In this document: in pieces, positions 50,287 through 60,164 of the stretch
How positions within the stretch are numbered: the stretch's first letter is position 1
Layout of the letters: each line of letters opens with the position of its first letter
NCBI GenBank assembly: GCA_963737905.1
Contig: CAVTUQ010000037.1
Coordinates: 128,001 to 192,000, forward strand
Source: an uncultured delta proteobacterium
GTDB lineage: Bacteria; Desulfobacterota; Binatia; UBA9968
Direction of reading: 5' to 3'
DNA length: 64,000 bases
The notes under the pieces: generated by a model
What the model saw: the letters and a program-made list of their open reading frames with translations, nothing else
Databases searched by the model: none
What the model was told of the DNA's origin: nothing
Position numbers and translations under genes: made by a program

Positions 50287-52425
50287 CTATAGTGTCGGGT
50301 CCACGGAAAATCCTGGCGCGTACATCCAATCTGCATACTGCTTAACCATGCGACGGGCGCCAAAACGGGGCATGGTCGTGCGGATCGCTTCCTTCACCAA
50401 CTGAAGCCAACGTCGTGGTACTTTGTTGACATCGCGATCGTAAAAGGCTGGCACAACTTCCTCTTCAAGAAGCTTGTAAAGGGCTTCCGCGTCGGTTGCG
50501 TCTACAGCGGCCGGATCGCTCGCCGCATCATCCCCCTCAATTAACCACCCGTTTGATCCCGTGTGGCCTTCTGCCCACCAGCCGTCTCCGGTGCTCAGAT
50601 GAAGCGCGCCATTGATGGACGCTTTCATCCCGCTGGTTCCGCTCGCTTCGAAAGGCTTGCGCGGAGTATTCAACCAAACGTCACACCCTTGCACTAGGAA
50701 GTGGGCAACGTAGAGGTCGTAGTCCTCCACAAAGGCGATTCGACCCCCGAACGCAGGATCGATAGCACGACTGAAAATATTCTGCAGGTGATGCTTTCCG
50801 GGGTGATCCAGCGGGTGGGCTTTGCCCGCAAAGACGATTTGAACGGGGCGTCTAAACGCTGTCAGGATGCGCGCCAACCGCTCAGGATTATGAAAGATCA
50901 GCTCCGGACGCTTATAGTCGGTAAACCGCCGGGCGAATCCGATGGTGAGCGCCGCTGGATCCAGTAGCGTACCCGCCGCTACCACCCGAGCGGCCGTCAC
51001 CTGCTTTTGCGTCCACAACTGACGGGCGCGCTCTCGAATGAATGCGATGAGATAGCTTCGAAGTGCCTCGCGAACAGCCCACAGCTCTTCGTCCGGGATC
51101 ACCGCGATTCCGTCCCAGAAGCCTGCCTCATCGTGTTCTTCCTTCCAGTTTATCCCAAGATGGCGCTCGAATAGTCTGGCCATATCAGGCGCGATCCAGG
51201 TGGGGACGTGAACGCCATTCGTAACACTTTTCAGCGGACATTCTCTGTCAGCAACACTTGGCCATAGCCGTGCCCACATATCCAAGGTGACCCGTTCGTG
51301 GGTTTGACTGACAGCGTTGGTGGCGCTAGTGCTGCGAATGGCCAAGGCGGTCATGTTGAACATCGGCCCATCGCCGATGTCGTAAGTCCCAAGCCGCAAA
51401 CACTCGTCACGGTATAACCCGTCGTTACCCCAGGTCCCCGAGAGGTAGGATTCGACAAGGTTAATATCGAACGCATCATGTCCGGCAGCTACCGGAGTGT
51501 GCGTTGTAAAGATCGTGGACCGGCGTACTTTCTCAAGCGCCGCATCGAAGCCTTCGCCTCGGTCCACCAGCTCACGCATTCTCTCAAGAGTTACGAAGGC
51601 CGTATGCCCCTCGTTCAGATGCCAGACCCTAGGATGGTAGCCCAGCACGCGCAGCGCCCGGACACCGCCGACACCCAATAGGATCTCTTGCTTGAGTCTT
51701 GTTTCGCGATCGCCGCCGTAAAGTCGCGCTGAAAGCTCGCGATCCGCCGGCTCATTCTCCTTAACGGACGTATCAAGTAAGTAAATCTTTACGCGGCCCA
51801 GGCGGACGCACCATAACGTAACATGCACAGTCCGATCGCCTATTGCAACGGACAAAATACAAGGCTTGCCGTCTTTCGTGAACACTTGCTCAACCGGCGC
51901 GTGTTGCCATTCTAGGTATTCGTATATCTCCTCCTGTTGCCCCTCTGAATTGATTTTCTGGTGAAAGTATCCCTGCGGGTACATGAAACCGACCCCGACG
52001 AGCGGAATCCCCAAATCGCTCGCTTCCTTACAGTGATCTCCGGCTAAGACCCCAAGGCCGCCAGCATAAATGGGTAGCGACTGGTGCAAGGCAAATTCAG
52101 CAGAAAAGTAGGCGATCGGACGATTCGGCAGACCCGGGTAGGTTCGAGCCCACCACGATTCCTTAGAGGTTAAGGCACGCCCAAGCCCCTCGATAGCAGC
52201 ATCATAGAGAGCGACAAACGCCGGATCCCGCGCCGCCTGCTTCAGCTGTTGCCTCGTTATCAAGTGAAGCATGCGGACCGGGTTATGCGAGGTTAGGCGC
52301 CAGAGCGGGTAGTCGAGACGCCGAAATACCTCGCGCGCCTCCTGATGCCAAGTCCATCGGAGGTTAAACGCCAGTTGCCAGAGTCCGCTAATCCTTTCCG
52401 GTAGAGAACGGCGCTCGGTTTCCAT
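50287..52425 (-). CDS. glgP: Alpha-glucan phosphorylase
   Basis: YFSAEF, GGLGVLAGDH, NEGH, ARRFTDYKR, EASGTSGMK. Confidence 0.95.
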   Translation of the reverse strand: METERRSLPERISGLWQLAFNLRWTWHQEAREVFRRLDYPLWRLTSHNPVRMLHLITRQQLKQAARDPAFVALYDAAIEGLGRALTSKESWWARTYPGLPNRPIAYFSAEFALHQSLPIYAGGLGVLAGDHCKEASDLGIPLVGVGFMYPQGYFHQKINSEGQQEEIYEYLEWQHAPVEQVFTKDGKPCILSVAIGDRTVHVTLWCVRLGRVKIYLLDTSVKENEPADRELSARLYGGDRETRLKQEILLGVGGVRALRVLGYHPRVWHLNEGHTAFVTLERMRELVDRGEGFDAALEKVRRSTIFTTHTPVAAGHDAFDINLVESYLSGTWGNDGLYRDECLRLGTYDIGDGPMFNMTALAIRSTSATNAVSQTHERVTLDMWARLWPSVADRECPLKSVTNGVHVPTWIAPDMARLFERHLGINWKEEHDEAGFWDGIAVIPDEELWAVREALRSYLIAFIRERARQLWTQKQVTAARVVAAGTLLDPAALTIGFARRFTDYKRPELIFHNPERLARILTAFRRPVQIVFAGKAHPLDHPGKHHLQNIFSRAIDPAFGGRIAFVEDYDLYVAHFLVQGCDVWLNTPRKPFEASGTSGMKASINGALHLSTGDGWWAEGHTGSNGWLIEGDDAASDPAAVDATDAEALYKLLEEEVVPAFYDRDVNKVPRRWLQLVKEAIRTTMPRFGARRMVKQYADWMYAPGFSVDPTL

Positions 52426-52479
52426 ATGCCCTATTTTAATCGCTCCACCTTGGGCAAACAAACGCAGATCAAAACCAAC

Positions 52480-52648
52480 CTAGGGGTTTCTCGGCGCCCC
52501 TCGTATAGGCCGCCATATCACGGTGTCATTGAAGGTGGCCGGGCGAGGGAGACGTCGCGGAGCATATTTCTCCGCCAAGTCTTCCCATATCGCCAGACGC
52601 CAGGATCATGTGAGCATCTGCATCATAAACGCGATATCTTCCCAGCAT
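52480..52648 (-). pseudogene. 5' relic of an amidohydrolase gene
   Basis: RBS GGGAGG then MLGRYRVYDADAHMIL, and after a shift WEDLAEKYAPRR..P. It matches the DADTH/DSDTH starts of the nearby paralogs. Confidence 0.55.
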
Positions 52649-52817
52649 GACGCACCTCCCCTTTCTGACTTTGTGCGCCTGTTAACATCGTCGCTGCTTC
52701 TTTGTCAATCCTGGAACAAGACATCCTAGAAAAAAGAGAGTGACTTATGTTGCTGCCTCCAGTCACGAGAAGGTAATATAAGCCGGATCTGCAAAATAAC
52801 AGTGAAAGGAACACACA

Positions 52818-53723
52818 ATGGCGAATCCTATCATCGGTTTCATCGGTCTCGGTATCATGGGCAAACCCATGGCGCGCAATCTCATGAAGGCGGGTTATCC
52901 GCTTGTCGTGCACAACAGGAGCCGCGCGGCGGTGGATGAGTTGAGCAAAGAAGGCGCACAACCGGCCGCGAGCTCACCGGAGGTTGCCGCCGCAAGCGAG
53001 ATAGTTATCACCATGCTTCCCGACTCGCCGGATGTGGAACTCGTATACGCCGGTGAAAACGGCATTTTCACAGGCGCCAAGGCGGGCATGCTTCTGATCG
53101 ACATGTCGAGCATTTCGCCGGTAGTCGCAAGGAAGCTCGCCGGGGAAGCGGAAAAACGCGGTCTCGACATGATTGACGCGCCGGTGAGCGGCGGCGAAGC
53201 AGGAGCGATAGGCGCGACGATTTCGATTATGATCGGGGGCAAGGCGACGGCGGTCGAGCGAGCCATGCCGATTTTTCAGGCCTTGGGTAAGAACATCGTT
53301 CATGTCGGCGATGCCGGCGCCGGCCAGGTAACCAAGGCCGCAAACCAAATGGTGGTTGGAACAACTATCGCGATCGTCGGCGAAGCATTGGTGCTCGCCG
53401 CCAAAGCCGGAGTCGATCCCGCCAAAGTGAGTCAGGCGCTCCTCGGGGGCTTTGCCCAGTCAAAGATTCTCGAAGCCCACGGCCAGAAAATGCTGGAACG
53501 CAACTTCAAGCCCGGCTTTCGCATCCGCTTGCACGAAAAAGACATGAAGATCGCGCTGGCGACAGGTTCTGAGTACGGCGTGCCGCTGATGGTCACAAGC
53601 CAGGTGGCTCAAATGATGACCGCTATGAAATCAATGGGCAACGGCGATTTGGATCACTCAGGGTTAGTGAAGTTCGTTGAGGAACTGGCGAAGATCGAAT
53701 TAATTCAAAAACCGGCGAGTTGA
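52818..53723 (+). CDS. garR: 2-hydroxy-3-oxopropionate (tartronate semialdehyde) reductase-like
   Basis: IGFIGLGIMGKPMARNL, DAPVSGGE, KAANQ, FKPGFRIRLHEKD. Confidence 0.82.
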   Translation: MANPIIGFIGLGIMGKPMARNLMKAGYPLVVHNRSRAAVDELSKEGAQPAASSPEVAAASEIVITMLPDSPDVELVYAGENGIFTGAKAGMLLIDMSSISPVVARKLAGEAEKRGLDMIDAPVSGGEAGAIGATISIMIGGKATAVERAMPIFQALGKNIVHVGDAGAGQVTKAANQMVVGTTIAIVGEALVLAAKAGVDPAKVSQALLGGFAQSKILEAHGQKMLERNFKPGFRIRLHEKDMKIALATGSEYGVPLMVTSQVAQMMTAMKSMGNGDLDHSGLVKFVEELAKIELIQKPAS

Positions 53724-53838
53724 TCTCTAGCCACGTGCGACCATTATCCTTGACAACCCGATGCGAGTTGACTAGCGTAACGGCAATTCAGCCGATACCA
53801 CAGGTAGGCTATTCATTGTCCAATTCAGGAGGTCATCG

Positions 53839-54942
53839 ATGACAAACACGAAGCAAATAGTTGATGCGGATACTCACATTGCCGAGTCTGAACGGATGTG
53901 GGAGCTATTCGACCAGGAGATGTACAAGCGGAGACCGGTTCTGGTATCCGTCCCCGACGACACTCTCTATGGAGAGCGTAACGCTTTCTGGCTGATCGAT
54001 GGAAATATTTTCCCAAAGCCGGCCGGCAAAGGGGGATTCAACTTGATCACACCTTCCGCAGCGAAGCGCCAGCAGGTGAGAACCGATATCGCCGTCGGTT
54101 GTCGTGACCTGACCGATCCAGAAACGCGCCTGAAAGACATGGATCGGCTGGGCTTTGACGTCCAGGTGATCTACCCGACATTGTTTCTCATCTATCTGAC
54201 CGACGACGTCGCCCTCGAAGTCTCGTTGACGCGCGCATACAACCGGTTTCTCGCCCAGGCCTGTTCTAAAGCAAATGGCCGCCTAAAGTGGGTAGTCATT
54301 CCACCGCTCCGATCCATTGAAGAATCGGTAAAGGAAATCCGTTGGGCGAAAGAAAATGGCGCGGCTGGAGTTTTCTTCAGGGGTATCGAGGGAAATCTCA
54401 CGCTCGATAATCCGTACTTTTTTCCAGTCTACCAATTGGCCAGCGACCTTGATCTGCCGATCTGTATCCATCAAGGTTCCGGTTCTCCGACGTTTATCAA
54501 CTTTTTCAATCTGGAGCGTAACCGGCAATGGTCTCACTCGGCGGTTCTGCCGCTGTTTGCGTTCAACGATATAGTAAACAACAAAATCCCTGTTCTGTTC
54601 CCGCGTCTCAAATTCGGCTTCATCGAGGCCTATGCCAGTTGGGTTCCGTATCTACTACATTCCTTTAAGCGCCAGTTTCGTGGCGAATGGAAGTACTCAT
54701 CGAGCGCGGATCTCTTCCGCGACTACAGAATTTACGTGGCTTGCGAAACCGAAGAAAATCTACCGCTGCTGGCTGACTGTATCGGTGAAGACAATCTGCT
54801 GATTGGTTCCGACTATGGGCACAACGACCCCTTCGAACAGCGCAATTTTCTTCCGACGCTTCGGTCACAAAACGGCATACCGAGCCGCGTCGTTGAAAAA
54901 ATGGTGCGTGACAATCCCTGCGCTTTCTACGGCATTCATTGA
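53839..54942 (+). CDS. Amidohydrolase_2 family protein
   Basis: DADTH, PICIH, FIEA, GSDYGH. Confidence 0.85.
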   Translation: MTNTKQIVDADTHIAESERMWELFDQEMYKRRPVLVSVPDDTLYGERNAFWLIDGNIFPKPAGKGGFNLITPSAAKRQQVRTDIAVGCRDLTDPETRLKDMDRLGFDVQVIYPTLFLIYLTDDVALEVSLTRAYNRFLAQACSKANGRLKWVVIPPLRSIEESVKEIRWAKENGAAGVFFRGIEGNLTLDNPYFFPVYQLASDLDLPICIHQGSGSPTFINFFNLERNRQWSHSAVLPLFAFNDIVNNKIPVLFPRLKFGFIEAYASWVPYLLHSFKRQFRGEWKYSSSADLFRDYRIYVACETEENLPLLADCIGEDNLLIGSDYGHNDPFEQRNFLPTLRSQNGIPSRVVEKMVRDNPCAFYGIH

Positions 54943-55082
54943 TCGTCAACGTAACAACATAGGTCATTCGCCAGATCCTAAATACGGCGAAAACGATTTC
55001 ACGCCACCGCGCCTGCGATTTTCGCTTTGCTCGCGAAGCCGACCGCCAGCTCAGCCAGTCAGGCTGGCGCCCTTGAAAACTA

Positions 55083-56102
55083 TTACGGCTTCCACCCCGC
55101 CTTATTCAGCTGCTGATCCGCTTCCTGTGCGAAGCTGAAGTCGTAGGCCTTTGCAGTCGGGACTGCTTCGCTAGCGTTTACGACTTGACGGATAATGTTG
55201 AGATCGTTTCGCTGTGTTTCCTCGTCGACAAACCCGTTTCTCGTAAACGTCCCGATGAGGTCATCGTACACGCGGGTGGCTTGTTCGCGTGAGACACCAG
55301 AAAATTTCACCAGCGCCGCGATCGTACCCTCCTTGTCCTGCCGAACGTAGCGCAACGCCTTGATCGTCGCCCGGACGAAGCCGCCAACCATTTTTGGATT
55401 CTCTTTAATCAGCTTGTCAGTGGTCGCGAGTGTCCCCCAAGAATTCTTCACTTCACTGCCGAAAAAAAACATTTCCTTCATTCCCTTGTCGAGCCCGACA
55501 TAACGCTGCTCCACGCTCAAGATGGCAGCATCCATGGCACCCGCGAGCAGGGCCGGCAATTGATTTCCCGAGCCGGTATCGAGATAGATGGGGTCTTTGT
55601 TGCCATCTAGCCCATGTTTGGTGAGGATCTGTTTGAGCATAAAGGTTGCAATGGCCCCAGCTCCCGTGGTGGCGATCTTTTTTCCTTTGAGATCCTTAGG
55701 ATTGGTGATGTTCGGTCGGGTGAGCAGCCACTGAAGAACCCGGTCATTGGTCGCGACAACCACCTTTAACGGTGTATTGGCTCTCGCGATACTCACTAGA
55801 GCACTTGTGCCCGCACCGGTAAACTGAACATCGCCACCCAGCATTCCCTGAATACTCGTCGTCGGCGCGATGTAAACAACTCGCAGGTCGATTCCCTCTT
55901 CTTTCATGTAGCCCCGCTCACGTGCCATGGGATAAATGACCATCTGAAAACTCTTCGAGGGAATCGCCATATTGACGGTCTGGAGGGATTGAGCGCTAGA
56001 AAAGGGTGGCGAAAGCAGCGGCAGGGACAGATTCACGATGAACGGTAATAGAACCAACCAAGACAGCGAGTCCCTCCGATTCACTAGGCTTTCCATGGAC
56101 AA
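55083..56102 (-). CDS. NitT/TauT substrate-binding protein
   Basis: Signal peptide, GYMKEEGIDL, KDLKGKKIA, FVRATIKA. Confidence 0.83.
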   Translation of the reverse strand: MSMESLVNRRDSLSWLVLLPFIVNLSLPLLSPPFSSAQSLQTVNMAIPSKSFQMVIYPMARERGYMKEEGIDLRVVYIAPTTSIQGMLGGDVQFTGAGTSALVSIARANTPLKVVVATNDRVLQWLLTRPNITNPKDLKGKKIATTGAGAIATFMLKQILTKHGLDGNKDPIYLDTGSGNQLPALLAGAMDAAILSVEQRYVGLDKGMKEMFFFGSEVKNSWGTLATTDKLIKENPKMVGGFVRATIKALRYVRQDKEGTIAALVKFSGVSREQATRVYDDLIGTFTRNGFVDEETQRNDLNIIRQVVNASEAVPTAKAYDFSFAQEADQQLNKAGWKP

Positions 56103-56195
56103 TCCTCCTGTCGAATCACCCTCACCCCTTCTCTCTCCCTCGAGCGAGGGAGAGGGTTAAAGGGCCGATGAGCAGATGCGAGTGCTTGGCGTGCT

Positions 56196-57290
56196 TTAGT
56201 TCAATGGATAAAGAAGCTTCGGATTGTCAAAGAAGATTTTATCCGTAAGCGCCGGCGGAATGTCCTCGCGCGCGCGCATAGCGGCCACGAGCTGGCGCTC
56301 CTCGGATGGATCTTGGTGACCGTAGTCCGAGCCGATGATCAAGTGATCAGCGCCTGTATACTCGGAAATATACTTAACGTCTTCGTCCGCCTCGCAGGCG
56401 ACAAAAATCCGATATTCGCGGAACATGTCCGCGTCCGAGGAAAATTTCCATTTCTCTCGGAATAATCTCTTTATAATGTGCATCATGAACGGCACCCAAC
56501 CCGCGGAGGCCTCGATGAAACCGAACCTGAGCTTGGGGAACTGCTCGGGAATTTTGTTGCCGATCAGATCTCTAAACGCGAAAAGCGGCTGCACTCGACT
56601 GTGGCCGAACGTATGGTTGCGTTCGACGTCGAAAAGCTTGAGAAATAGCGGGCAGCCGGCGCCGGTATGAATCAAGATCGGCAGGTCCGTTTCGCTGGCG
56701 GTTTGGTAGATCGGATTGAAGTATGGATTGTCTAAGGTCCGCTCGCCTTCGATGCCGCGGAAGAAAACGCCGACGGCGCCGTTATCCTTGCCCCATTTAA
56801 TTTCTTTCACCGACTCTTCCACCGAATGAAGCGGCGGCACCACCACCCAGCGCATGCGGCTGCCACCTTTGGCGCAGGCCTGAGCGATGAAGCGATTGTA
56901 GGCGCGGGCCATTGCGATGTCTAAAGCTGCATCGTCGGTAATATAGATCAAAAATAAGGTCGGAAAGACGACCTGGGTATCGACTTGAAGCCTGTCCATG
57001 TCGTTAAGCCGGCTGGAAATGTCGGTCATTTCTCGGCATCCGATGGCGATGTCGCCGCGGGCGGATTCGAGCTTGCTCGCAGACGGGGTGATGAGACGGA
57101 AACTACCCTTGCCGTTAGGCTTGGGAAAAATGTTACCGTCGATCAACCAAAACGCATTACGCGGGCCGTAAAGCGTATCCTCCGGACCTTTCAGCAGCAC
57201 CGGGCGCCGATGGTGCATCTCTTTTTCCATCATGTTCCACATAGCCTCGGATTCCGAAATATGGGTATCCGAATCGATTATGCCTGCCAT
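56196..57290 (-). CDS. Amidohydrolase_2 family protein (paralog of 53839..54942)
   Basis: DSDTH, shared NAFWLIDGNIFPKP, GSDYGH. Confidence 0.85.
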   Translation of the reverse strand: MAGIIDSDTHISESEAMWNMMEKEMHHRRPVLLKGPEDTLYGPRNAFWLIDGNIFPKPNGKGSFRLITPSASKLESARGDIAIGCREMTDISSRLNDMDRLQVDTQVVFPTLFLIYITDDAALDIAMARAYNRFIAQACAKGGSRMRWVVVPPLHSVEESVKEIKWGKDNGAVGVFFRGIEGERTLDNPYFNPIYQTASETDLPILIHTGAGCPLFLKLFDVERNHTFGHSRVQPLFAFRDLIGNKIPEQFPKLRFGFIEASAGWVPFMMHIIKRLFREKWKFSSDADMFREYRIFVACEADEDVKYISEYTGADHLIIGSDYGHQDPSEERQLVAAMRAREDIPPALTDKIFFDNPKLLYPLN

Positions 57291-57404
57291 AGAAACCTCC
57301 TATCGTTTGATTCTTTTTTTTATCCACACTGTGCTGCCCGAGATATAGCAAGAAACCACATTTTGAGGTAGTCCCGCGAAACGAGGGGAGAGACCACAGC
57401 CATG

Positions 57405-58304
57405 CTATTCCTTGAGACTCCCTGGTATGATCCATTCGGTTGCCACACCACGCGCCCCACCCGGAGTATCCGGAGCCACTTGCGATAAAAGTTTCTCCAA
57501 CTGCTTGAACTCCACCCTCAGTTCCTCGTCCATGCAGACCAGATATTCATCAAAGATCTTAGCACCCAAAGAAGGCGGATGAGCAAATTGCTTTTCAAGC
57601 ATTCGAATGGTCGCTTCCCGCTGCGTCTTAAGATATCGAATCCCCTCGCGGTGGGCTTGCAAAAATGTAGAAAAATCCTTTCCTCGCTCTCGCAGCAGTG
57701 TCGCGGTTGTTTCAATCGAAATGGGCAGTGGATCATCGACTATGTCGGGCCAGTCCGTGATTCTTTTAAACCCTCGTTCTTCAGCCCAGAAACCATAAGG
57801 TCGGGGCAGCAAAGCCGCGCTAACTTTTCCGTTGACCAAGAGATTGAAAGCCTCCTGATCGCTGTTTGGCAATTGAAAGACCGGGTCTTCGCCAATGCTT
57901 AGTTGCGCCCGCTCTCGGAAAGTGTCCGCGATGGGGTTATTGCGAGAAGGGCCTTCTCGACAAACAATGGTTTTTCCCCTGAGGTCTCTGAGCTGTCGAA
58001 TGACAGGGCTGGCAACAAGATAGTAAGGGCAACTATTCATCGCGCAGCCGAGAATCCTCGTAGTCTTGGAATCCAGAAAGTGCTGCAGGGAAGCTCTCCC
58101 GACAACTAGCGAGATCTGCGCGGTGCCGTCTTCCAATCTTCGATAGCGCTCCTCCGTTCCCTGAACATGATTCCACGATACCTCCAGCCCATGCTTCTGA
58201 TAGATACCGGCCTCGATGGAGAGATAACCGGAGGGATCGCGGGCGAACTTACCTTCGGTTCCTTCGAGGTGGCCATACATTATGCTGAGTTGAACCGGGC
58301 TCAT
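57405..58304 (-). CDS. NitT/TauT-like binding protein lacking an evident signal peptide
   Basis: AGIYQKHGLEV, RDLRGKT, FLQAHREG; no hydrophobic N-terminus. Confidence 0.7.
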   Translation of the reverse strand: MSPVQLSIMYGHLEGTEGKFARDPSGYLSIEAGIYQKHGLEVSWNHVQGTEERYRRLEDGTAQISLVVGRASLQHFLDSKTTRILGCAMNSCPYYLVASPVIRQLRDLRGKTIVCREGPSRNNPIADTFRERAQLSIGEDPVFQLPNSDQEAFNLLVNGKVSAALLPRPYGFWAEERGFKRITDWPDIVDDPLPISIETTATLLRERGKDFSTFLQAHREGIRYLKTQREATIRMLEKQFAHPPSLGAKIFDEYLVCMDEELRVEFKQLEKLLSQVAPDTPGGARGVATEWIIPGSLKE

Positions 58305-58507
58305 ATTCGATCCCTCCACAATCCGTGCTCAACTGTCTCTATAGTACGCCTCCATTCGACACACAAATGCGACCCGGACTCCGATTTGCTGACAGGACCT
58401 ATAACAAATCTGTGAATTACATCTCGCGTCTTGACAAGTTCTCGCCCACCGGAATAAAGTCGGTTGAAGTTCAAACCAACTTATAACCCAACCAAAAGGA
58501 GGTCACT

Positions 58508-58933
58508 ATGCAGCTCTTGGATGTCTTGGAAATGGCCAAAGGCAGAAAGAAAGGACAGCGACGGATGGATCTGTTCAGGAGGGAGAATCTCGAGACTTGG
58601 ATCCTTACCTTTCCCCCAGGCGACGTTCAGCGGATGCACAACCATCCTTCGGACCGCACTTACTACGTGCTGACGGGTCGGGGAATCATGAAGGGTCTCA
58701 ACGAAAGTCATGAGGTCTCAGCGGGTCAGATCATCAGCATTCCAGCCCATGAGTATTATGAAGGATCGAATCCCTACGATGAGCCGATGATCCTGCTCGG
58801 CAACAGTCACAAAGCCACGCCGGAAGACGTGGCCAAGGCCGGCGGTCAGCGAAACGAAATCGATGAAAAGACCGGCAAGCGAATCATCTATCAACACGGT
58901 GGCGGCCAAGACCAGGGAGTGTTGGCGGACTAA
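58508..58933 (+). CDS. Cupin domain protein
   Basis: MHNHPSD..YYVLTGRG...IPAHEY; strong RBS and TTGACA at 58431. Confidence 0.8.
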   Translation: MQLLDVLEMAKGRKKGQRRMDLFRRENLETWILTFPPGDVQRMHNHPSDRTYYVLTGRGIMKGLNESHEVSAGQIISIPAHEYYEGSNPYDEPMILLGNSHKATPEDVAKAGGQRNEIDEKTGKRIIYQHGGGQDQGVLAD

Positions 58934-58957
58934 ATCGAAAAGTCGCGAACCGCACCT

Positions 58958-58992
58958 AAGCCCGGCCCGGGGATAACCCGGCCGGGCTTTTT
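58958..58992 (+). terminator. Rho-independent terminator
   Basis: AAGCCCGGCC...GGCCGGGCTTTTT. Confidence 0.75.
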
Positions 58993-59061
58993 GTATTTGC
59001 ACATGGACCACGATAGCCGATTTTCGGCATATGCTCCTCCTATCGCAGCCAGCAAAGTAAC

Positions 59062-60164
59062 TATTAAGGTTTATATAATATAGTGACGAAGCATAGTTTA
59101 AAACAATTCGGCTTGTTGCCAAAAAGCCGTGATGAGTTTAGGGCGACGACGCATGCGTTTGAGAGCCCGGATGGCATGATAGCTCAGCTCGGTGAACGTC
59201 TTCGGACAGAAGTTGGGAAGCTCATGATGCTTCCAATACCCCCATATGTACTCCACCGGATTGAGTTCCGGAGCATAAGCCGGCAGGTACTCCAGGCAGA
59301 TCGCGCCCTTCTGATCGGTCACAAACTGTTGCACCAGGCGGCTGCGATGGGGTTTGGAGCGATCCCAAATCACCAATAATTTCTTCTTGAGGTGACGCCG
59401 AAGATGGCTAAGAAACTCCACCACCTGGGGACTGCGAATGCTACCCTGATGCAACTGAAAGTAAAAATTCCACCAGGTGATCCCGGCCACCGCCGAAAGC
59501 CTCTTCCAGTTAAAAGAATACTGCAGCACCGGGGTTTGCCCTTTGGGCGCCCAGGTCCGACAGCGGTGCGGCCGTTGGCTCAGCCCGCTCTCATCGATGA
59601 ACACTATCGTGCGTCTTTCTTGCTGGGCTTTTTTTTAAGCCTGGGCCAGCTCCGCTTCTTCCATCGCTCGATGGCCGGTTCATCGCGTTCCCACGCCCGT
59701 CCCGTGGGCCGCTGGCAGCTCCATCCCAGTTTGCCTAACAGCCAGCCCACATGCCCGGGGTGGTACTCCACTCCAAAATCCCGCTCTATCAGCTTAGCCA
59801 CACGTTCCAGAGTCCAGAGGTTGGTTTCATACCCTACGGCTTGGGGCCCCTGCTTGAGGCGGCTCTCTAGCTTTTTCACATCCGCCTCACTTAAACGGGG
59901 CTTGCGTCCCGCTCGACCCGCTTTTTTCAATCCCCCGCGTCCGTGCTTCTCGATTTGTTGGGCCCAGCGATTGACCGACTGGCGGTGCACGCCTACTTGC
60001 CGTGCTACCTCCGCTTCACTGAATCCCTTTTTCAGCAACCGGAAAGCCTCAAAGCGACGATCCTCTAACGCCTCAAAATCTCTCTTGACTCCTGCTGGAT
60101 TTCCCATGCAGAATTATTTATCACAAGTGTCACCTTAAGTCACTATATTTTATGAAATTTAATA
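59062..60164 (-). mobile_element. IS630-family insertion sequence, apparently complete
   Basis: Terminal inverted repeats TATTAAGGTTTATATAATATAGTGAC / TATTAAATTTCATAAAATATAGTGAC match at 22/26, including the duplicated TA. Confidence 0.92.
59098..60107 (-). CDS. IS630 transposase (HTH OrfA + DDE OrfB joined by -1 frameshift)
   Basis: OrfA HTH with WTLERV; slippery A8G at 59628-59636; OrfB FIDESG, IWD, PAYAPELNPVE. Confidence 0.92.

Noticed and set aside
59392-60138. 248-aa plus-strand ORF
   Set aside because: It is the antisense shadow of the IS630 transposase.
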